In this document: positions 58,773 to 64,000 of the stretch, piece by piece | How the letters are laid out: each line of letters opens with the position of its first letter | Position numbering within the stretch: position 1 is the stretch's first letter | Program-made: the position numbers and the translations under genes | The notes under the pieces: generated by a model | The model's database searches: none | The model's input: only the letters and a program-made list of their open reading frames with translations | What the model was told of the DNA's origin: nothing | Origin: Coriobacteriia bacterium | GTDB taxonomy: Bacteria; Actinomycetota; Coriobacteriia; WRKU01; WQUG01 | Length of the DNA stretch: 64,000 nucleotides | Direction of reading: 5' to 3' | Assembly (NCBI GenBank): GCA_009778715.1 | Contig: WRFR01000002.1 | Span: 45,598 to 109,597 of the forward strand

Positions 58773-58922
58773 GTGGCCGGAATGATAGAGGTACTAATTA
58801 TTGCAGTCGTTACTGTTACCACTCTCGTCGTGGCTGCGGCTGCTATCTATCTGGTGTCTATGGTCGTAGGCTCAATGAGAAGAAAGCGTAAAGGGAATGA
58901 GGAAGATTCGGAAGCAGACTGA
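58773..58922 (+). CDS. Candidate 49-aa single-TM small protein (not in the ORF track)
   Basis: An AAGGAGG SD lies 7 nt before the GTG at 58773. The product is VAGMIEVLIIAVVTVTTLVVAAAAIYLVSMVVGSMRRKRKGNEEDSEAD*: a hydrophobic helix followed by a charged tail. Confidence 0.4.
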   Translation: MAGMIEVLIIAVVTVTTLVVAAAAIYLVSMVVGSMRRKRKGNEEDSEAD

Positions 58923-59035
58923 GCAGTCCCGGAGTTTTATACTCCGTGCTTTCAGCTAACTCCGCTGCTCTTACCTCTCTTCAGGGATTTTGTCACAAAA
59001 ATCATGATGCAAAAGCGGCGTGACAACAAAAGCGG

Positions 59036-59926
59036 TTATTTCACGGGAGGATAAACCTGGTCGGCGCCGTCAAGGGTCCCATAGGTCGCGGCAGGGGCGC
59101 TGCCATCAAGGACCGCGATGACGGTCCAATCCCCCATCGGGGTCCCCAACAGGTCGGTCGCACCCAGCCCTTTTCCTGCAGCGTCAGAACCAAGAGTAGA
59201 GGTAGCACCATCCATTTGAGCGGTGATCGTAGGGGTTTTCTGTGCATTGAAAGCCTGTGCAAGTTGCAGCCCAAAGGGATCGGCCGCATTATTCTCGCCA
59301 AGCGCGACGTCGACCACACTATCCAGGGAGGCTGTCGTGGTGATGTCCCCAGAAAGCTTCAGGATGCCATCATGCTGCAGCGCTGCTGTTACCGGGCGGG
59401 CGGGCGCGGGGGCAGGACTTGCCGTAGCGCCAGTCGTACCCGAGGCAGCCGGAGCCCACTCGGCCGCAAATCCCACGGCAAGCGCATCCAGGTCGTCGGT
59501 CAGCTTGAAACGTGTTTTCAGCTCATCGACCAACTTGGCGCTCTCGAGGTTCGTATCGCCCGCCTTGTATCGGCTCGCGTTGATATCTGCGACTACGACC
59601 AACGCCCCGGCCTGCTGTAAAAGCTGGGAGGTATGCTTGCTCGCGTCGCCCTGCGCGCCAACCAGAAGAACCGTATCGCCCGTCAGGCGATCCTTTGTGA
59701 GTAAGGCCAGGTTGTCTGCCCCAAACGAGGTCAGGCGGTCGTTCGCGGATTTGACCTGGGCGCTTTCTTCGCTGATCTGGTTAAACTTCTGGCTGATATT
59801 GTCCGCCAGGTTCGACTGCAGCGACGAGGTCGCCCGGTCCCCGATCAGGCCGCCTAACACCAGCCCCAGGGCCAAGGCCAGAAAGACCGCGACGATCGAC
59901 ACGATATGGTAGCGCAGATTATACAT
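59036..59926 (-). CDS. MctB/Rv1698-family membrane protein (SteB-position gene)
   Basis: The N-terminus MYNLRYHIVSIVAVFLALALGLVLGG is typical of this family. It sits immediately downstream of the steA-like gene, as in mycobacteria and corynebacteria. Confidence 0.6.
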   Translation of the reverse strand: MYNLRYHIVSIVAVFLALALGLVLGGLIGDRATSSLQSNLADNISQKFNQISEESAQVKSANDRLTSFGADNLALLTKDRLTGDTVLLVGAQGDASKHTSQLLQQAGALVVVADINASRYKAGDTNLESAKLVDELKTRFKLTDDLDALAVGFAAEWAPAASGTTGATASPAPAPARPVTAALQHDGILKLSGDITTTASLDSVVDVALGENNAADPFGLQLAQAFNAQKTPTITAQMDGATSTLGSDAAGKGLGATDLLGTPMGDWTVIAVLDGSAPAATYGTLDGADQVYPPVK

Positions 59927-59959
59927 ACCCGCTTATTGTATCCTAAACCTCAAAACTAC

Positions 59960-61096
59960 TCAGTATATTCCCAGAAGCAAGCGGATCCTCGTAACGGAGA
60001 GCATGAAGAGATTGCGCGCGGAAGGCGAAATGAAAATGAGTACCCCGATCACGGCTACCGCAGCCAGCACCAGCGGAAACACCTTCCCAGCTGAAACCGA
60101 GCTGCGATACAGGCGGTTCACACCCTTGGCGTCAACGAGGCGCGAGCCGACCTTTAATCGCACCAGAAACGATGAGGCCATGCCCTTGCGCCCTTTGTCG
60201 AGATACTCGATCAGGTTCGCGTGCGTCCCGACCGCAACGATCAGGTCGGCGCCCATCTCCCACGCAAGTATCAGGGCCAGGTCCTCGCTTGTGGCAGCAA
60301 GCGGCCAAGTGGTCGCCTCGTCTGCAAGGCCGAGCCTTTTCAGGCGCTCCATGCCAGGGCAACGCCCATCCTCATAGGCTGCGACGATCAGCTCCGCCCC
60401 GCCTCGCAGGGTATCGTCGTTGACACTATCCATGTCCCCGATAATGATATCGGGCTTAAAACCAGCCTCACGCAGCGCGTCAGCTCCCCCGTCAACGCCG
60501 ATAAGCACGGGCTTCATCTCACGAATGTAAGGCTTAAGCGTCTGAAGATCCTCCTTGAAATGGTAGCCGCGTACGACAACGAGTACGTGGCGCCCATACA
60601 GCAAGGTCCTGGTCTTTGGCACCCAGGTCTCACTGGCCAGGATGTCCTTCTCCCGCTCAAGATACTCAACGGTGTTGCGCGCGAACTCGTCAAGCCGCTC
60701 GCCGATGTTCTCGCTTGCCTCATCGAGAGCCGCCTCGATCATCGGCTGGGTCAGATGCACGCCGGTCGCGATGACCTTGCCCTTGCGAGTGAGGGTGCCC
60801 GCATCGGTGTCGATCGTAACCGTGTCACCGTCATGCGTATCCTCAAAAACAACCTGCCCACACTCGTCGAGCAGAGTGACGCCGCCGCGCACCAGCACAA
60901 GCGGGCCAGCGTTGGGGTACAGTCCTGAGATCGAGGGAGAAGCGTTGACGACTGCGACCACCCCGGACTCAAGCAAGCTCTCAGCGCTCATGTGATCCAT
61001 GTCGCGATGATCGATTACCGCGATCTCGCCCGGACGCAAACGCTTGACCAGGTCCTTCGTCTTGCGTCCCCGTTGTATTTTCGCTGTGATCTCCAT
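59960..61096 (-). CDS. steA: SteA-like putative cytokinetic ring protein (Rv1697 family)
   Basis: It has ..RKTKDLVKRLRPGEIAVIDHRDMDHMSAESLLESGV.., a thiamine-pyrophosphokinase-like middle region and a C-terminal TM. It shows synteny with recN-nadK-tlyA. Confidence 0.7.
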   Translation of the reverse strand: MEITAKIQRGRKTKDLVKRLRPGEIAVIDHRDMDHMSAESLLESGVVAVVNASPSISGLYPNAGPLVLVRGGVTLLDECGQVVFEDTHDGDTVTIDTDAGTLTRKGKVIATGVHLTQPMIEAALDEASENIGERLDEFARNTVEYLEREKDILASETWVPKTRTLLYGRHVLVVVRGYHFKEDLQTLKPYIREMKPVLIGVDGGADALREAGFKPDIIIGDMDSVNDDTLRGGAELIVAAYEDGRCPGMERLKRLGLADEATTWPLAATSEDLALILAWEMGADLIVAVGTHANLIEYLDKGRKGMASSFLVRLKVGSRLVDAKGVNRLYRSSVSAGKVFPLVLAAVAVIGVLIFISPSARNLFMLSVTRIRLLLGIY

Positions 61097-61131
61097 AAGT
61101 TCCAGTATAGCGGCATTGCCCGAACCGGCCT

Positions 61132-62748
61132 TTATTCAGCCGCAGAAGCAAGTACCTCCTCAGCGTGAGCGAGCGCGGCGTCGGTGGCGTCGCCCGCAAG
61201 CATCCGGGCGATCTCAGCGGTGCGATAGGCGCCGCTGACCGGACTGACCGTCGTCACGACCTGTGCGCTTTCTCCATCCTGTTTGCGAACCACATAGTGC
61301 GCATCACCGAAGGCTGCCACCTGGGCCAGGTGGGTGACCACGATGACCTGGTGGTGGCGGGACAGCTCCTTGAGCGCCCGTCCGACGGCCGTGCCAACAG
61401 CGCCACCGATGCCAGTATCGATCTCATCGAAGACCAGCGTTTTGCCCTCATCCGCCGCACCCAGTATGGTCTGCAGCGCGAGCATGACACGGCTCAGCTC
61501 CCCGCCCGAGGCGATCTTTGCAAGTGGACGCAGGGCAGAATCCGGTGACGGCGCATACAGGATCTCGAGCTTCTGGGAGCCAGAGCTTGTCCAGTGCTCG
61601 AACGGCAGATCCTCGAAGGAGAAGTCGAAGCGCACGTTGCCCAGCTGCAGGGGAACTGCTGCCGCGCTGAGTTGTTCGAGGAACACGACCGCACGATCGC
61701 GGCGCTCATCTGCCAGGCGTGCCGCAGTCGTCTGAAGCTCAGCGCGCGCTGTCGCCTCGGCCTCCCGGGCCGCAGCCAGCGCCTCCTCCCCGCTCCCTGC
61801 CATAGCAGCGGTCGCCGCCAGGCGTTCCCGCAGGGCAAAAACCTGCTCGAGCGTAGGGCCAAAGCGCTTGGCCAGGCCGTCAAGTTCCGCGAGGCGGCTC
61901 AGGCGGGCCTCCAGGGCAGCCGGATCATGTTCGATATGCCCCAGGCTGTCACGGAGCCCATCGGCTACATCGCTCAGGAGCACCTGAGCCTCACTGATCT
62001 GTGCCTGAAGCGCAACAAGTGCCGGATCGAAGCGCGCCGCCTGACCCAGCGCCTCATGCACCCGGCCCGTCAGATCGATCGCTGCTCCCTCGTCATATAA
62101 AGCGCCATAGGCGGTCTCTATGAGTTCAGCAAGCTCGCCAGCATTCTCAAGCGCTGGTAAGCTGGCCCTGATCTCATCATCTTCTCCCGGGTGGGGATCA
62201 ATGCGCTCGATCTCTGCCAGCGCGATACGCCCGGCTTCGAGCTGCTCGGCACTGGCGGCAAGCTGTGTCTGCAGGGCCGTGAGTGCATCACGCCTGTCCT
62301 GCCAATCCGAAAGCGCCCTCTGGTAAGCCTCACGTAAGGGAGCGATCGCTGCCGCAGCGCTCCGGTCCAGGTAGCCCAGGTGGTTCTGCGGATGCAGCAA
62401 CTCCTGATGGTCGTGCTGGCCATGCAGGTCGACCAAGGGGCCAACGGCTTCGGACAGAGCGCCGACCGTGCTCAAGGCGCCATTGAGCAAGCAGCGGTTG
62501 CGCCCGCCTGCCATAAGCGCGCGCGCAACGATCAGCTCACCCGAGAACTGTGCCTCAACCCGGGTGCTTTCGGCGCCGGGGCGCAGCATCGTGGCATCAC
62601 CACGTCCGCCCATCACCAGTTGCAGCGCGGAAAGAAGCACGGTCTTTCCTGCTCCTGTCTCTCCGGTCAACACCGTCAAACCCGCCTCGAAAGGCAACCA
62701 GACCTCTTCGATCAAGGCAAGGTCACAGATGTGAAGTTCTTCAAGCAC
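61132..62748 (-). CDS. recN: DNA repair protein RecN
   Basis: A GTG start at 62748 gives VLEELHICDLALIEE..LTGETGAGKTVLLSAL.., followed by a long coiled coil and a C-terminal ..SGGELSRVMLAL..FDEIDTGIGG... It overlaps the nadK stop by 8 nt. Confidence 0.93.
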   Translation of the reverse strand: MLEELHICDLALIEEVWLPFEAGLTVLTGETGAGKTVLLSALQLVMGGRGDATMLRPGAESTRVEAQFSGELIVARALMAGGRNRCLLNGALSTVGALSEAVGPLVDLHGQHDHQELLHPQNHLGYLDRSAAAAIAPLREAYQRALSDWQDRRDALTALQTQLAASAEQLEAGRIALAEIERIDPHPGEDDEIRASLPALENAGELAELIETAYGALYDEGAAIDLTGRVHEALGQAARFDPALVALQAQISEAQVLLSDVADGLRDSLGHIEHDPAALEARLSRLAELDGLAKRFGPTLEQVFALRERLAATAAMAGSGEEALAAAREAEATARAELQTTAARLADERRDRAVVFLEQLSAAAVPLQLGNVRFDFSFEDLPFEHWTSSGSQKLEILYAPSPDSALRPLAKIASGGELSRVMLALQTILGAADEGKTLVFDEIDTGIGGAVGTAVGRALKELSRHHQVIVVTHLAQVAAFGDAHYVVRKQDGESAQVVTTVSPVSGAYRTAEIARMLAGDATDAALAHAEEVLASAAE

Positions 62749-63652
62749 CCGCGCGCTCCTGGTTCTCGCCTGATGATACGGGTTCTGACAGAATGGGGAC
62801 AGGCCCCGTTTTGTCAGGCTCCGTATCATGCTCGATCCCGAAGAACTCACGCGCGACCACCGCGTAGGCGTTATGCGCGTCAAACTTCACCAGCGAGAGC
62901 TTTTCCGGGGCAATGCGTACCTCAACAGCCGACACCGGGCGCCCGTCGAGCACCAGGGGCGTCCCGTCGAAGAACAGGGCCACATCAGCACGCGTTGGAT
63001 CGGGCAGCTCGATACGCACCGTATCATCCCGGTCAGTCACCACCGCCCGGTTAGCAAGCGTATGCGGGGCAAGCGGCACGATCTCGGCGCCTTCAAAACT
63101 CGGAGCGAGCACCGGCCCGCCTGCAGAAAGGGCATAAGCTGTCGATCCGGTAGCAGTCGCGATGATGAGCCCATCCCCGCTGACTTCATTGAAAACATGT
63201 CCGTTGATGGCGAAGGTAGTGGTCAGCATGTGCGTTGCGGCGCCCCGAAGCACCAGTTCGTTGACCGCCTGACACCGGGCGATCTCTTCTGCGCCGGAAT
63301 ACACCCGTGCGTCCAGCAGGGTATGATACTCCAGCGGAACTTTACCGGACAAGGCAGCTGAGACTGCTTCGATCAGACGATCGGCAGGCGCGCCGGATAG
63401 AAAGCCCAGCCGCCCGAACTTCACCGACAGGAAAGGAGCCTCGAAAGAGTGGGCCGCATGGACTGCCCTCAAAAGAGTCCCATCCCCACCCAGAGCAACG
63501 ATCAGGTCCGGCGGTGACAAAACGGCGCCTGACCCCCTTTTGTCAGCTTCGCTGCAAGCAACCTCTTGCTCTTCACACCACGCTTGAAGGCGGGCATTCG
63601 CAGCGACCGCTTCGGGCACATGCTCATTCACCTGTATGAGAATCGTTTTCAT
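62741..63652 (-). CDS. nadK: NAD kinase
   Basis: It has ..LIVALGGDGTLLRA.. (GGDG) and ..NGHVFNEVSGDGLIIATATGSTAYALSAGGP... Confidence 0.93.
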   Translation of the reverse strand: MKTILIQVNEHVPEAVAANARLQAWCEEQEVACSEADKRGSGAVLSPPDLIVALGGDGTLLRAVHAAHSFEAPFLSVKFGRLGFLSGAPADRLIEAVSAALSGKVPLEYHTLLDARVYSGAEEIARCQAVNELVLRGAATHMLTTTFAINGHVFNEVSGDGLIIATATGSTAYALSAGGPVLAPSFEGAEIVPLAPHTLANRAVVTDRDDTVRIELPDPTRADVALFFDGTPLVLDGRPVSAVEVRIAPEKLSLVKFDAHNAYAVVAREFFGIEHDTEPDKTGPVPILSEPVSSGENQERAGA

Positions 63653-64000
63653 CTGTCCAGCCTCTCGTGGGCGCGCCTGACAACAGCGCTTTCCTGGTCA
63701 CCATTATCGCACGGAGTTGCGCTCGAATCAGCCCCGATCCAAAGCCAGAACTCGATGTTGCCTTTACTTCCCTTGATCGGCGAGTAGCTCCAGCCTCGTA
63801 CCATCATCCCGAAACGCCGCACCGTCGCTGCCAGGCGCGTGAGGACGGCGCGCTGCACCGCCTCATCCGTTATGATGCCCCCCGCGCCGACTTCTGATCG
63901 CGCGGCTTCAAACTGTGGTTTGACCAGCAGGATCATCTCACCGGTGTCGCCCACGCAGCGCTGCAGTGCCGGAAACACCGCCTCTAGCGAGATGAAGCTC
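63649..64000 (-). CDS. tlyA: TlyA-family rRNA 2'-O-methyltransferase (5' end outside the window)
   Basis: The C-terminal part ..FISLEAVFPALQRC..MILLVKPQFEA..GGIITDE..VRGWSYSPIKGSKGNIEFWLW.. is present. It has a 4-nt overlap with nadK. Confidence 0.85.
   Translation of the reverse strand, partial: SFISLEAVFPALQRCVGDTGEMILLVKPQFEAARSEVGAGGIITDEAVQRAVLTRLAATVRRFGMMVRGWSYSPIKGSKGNIEFWLWIGADSSATPCDNGDQESAVVRRAHERLDR

Overview
This is a high-GC (about 60% by eye) bacterial chromosomal window. Its gene order looks actinobacterial, probably Coriobacteriia-like; that is inferred only from composition and synteny. Almost all genes are on the minus strand.

The core is a complete, tightly coupled dcw cell-wall/division cluster at 24.8-41.9 kb: mraZ-rsmH-ftsL-like-ftsI-murE-murF-mraY-murD-ftsW-murG-murC-murB-ftsQ-ftsZ.

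Other housekeeping blocks:
- pyrR (partial) with its attenuator
- uvrB-coaE and rpsA
- arcA-rocD-nifU-like
- asnB with a translationally coupled radical-SAM gene
- xerD, ald, pyrG
- cca
- steA/mctB-like-recN-nadK-tlyA (tlyA partial)

Accessory or less ordinary content:
1. An AT-richer mosaic islet at 0.56-6.27 kb between pyrR and uvrB. It holds a retropepsin-type aspartic protease with a SecA-like SEC-C zinc motif plus a small partner ORF, a DNA-methyltransferase C-terminal remnant, an ArfB-like GGQ protein, hipBA, and a DUF2975/YozG-type/lipoprotein operon.
2. A MarR-controlled heterodimeric ABC exporter inserted between rpsA and coaE. One half carries a roughly 180-aa coiled-coil ectodomain insertion.
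3. A well-formed T-box leader in front of a solitary ABC substrate-binding lipoprotein, directly downstream of ftsZ.
4. An uncharacterised envelope cluster at 47.7-54.0 kb: an 800-aa membrane protein, a divergent MraY/WecA-like transferase, MurJ and a GT2.
5. An Opu-type osmoprotectant ABC system.

I saw no rRNA, tRNA, CRISPR array, transposase or prophage genes. All calls rest on reading the translations and sequence by eye; no database search was run.
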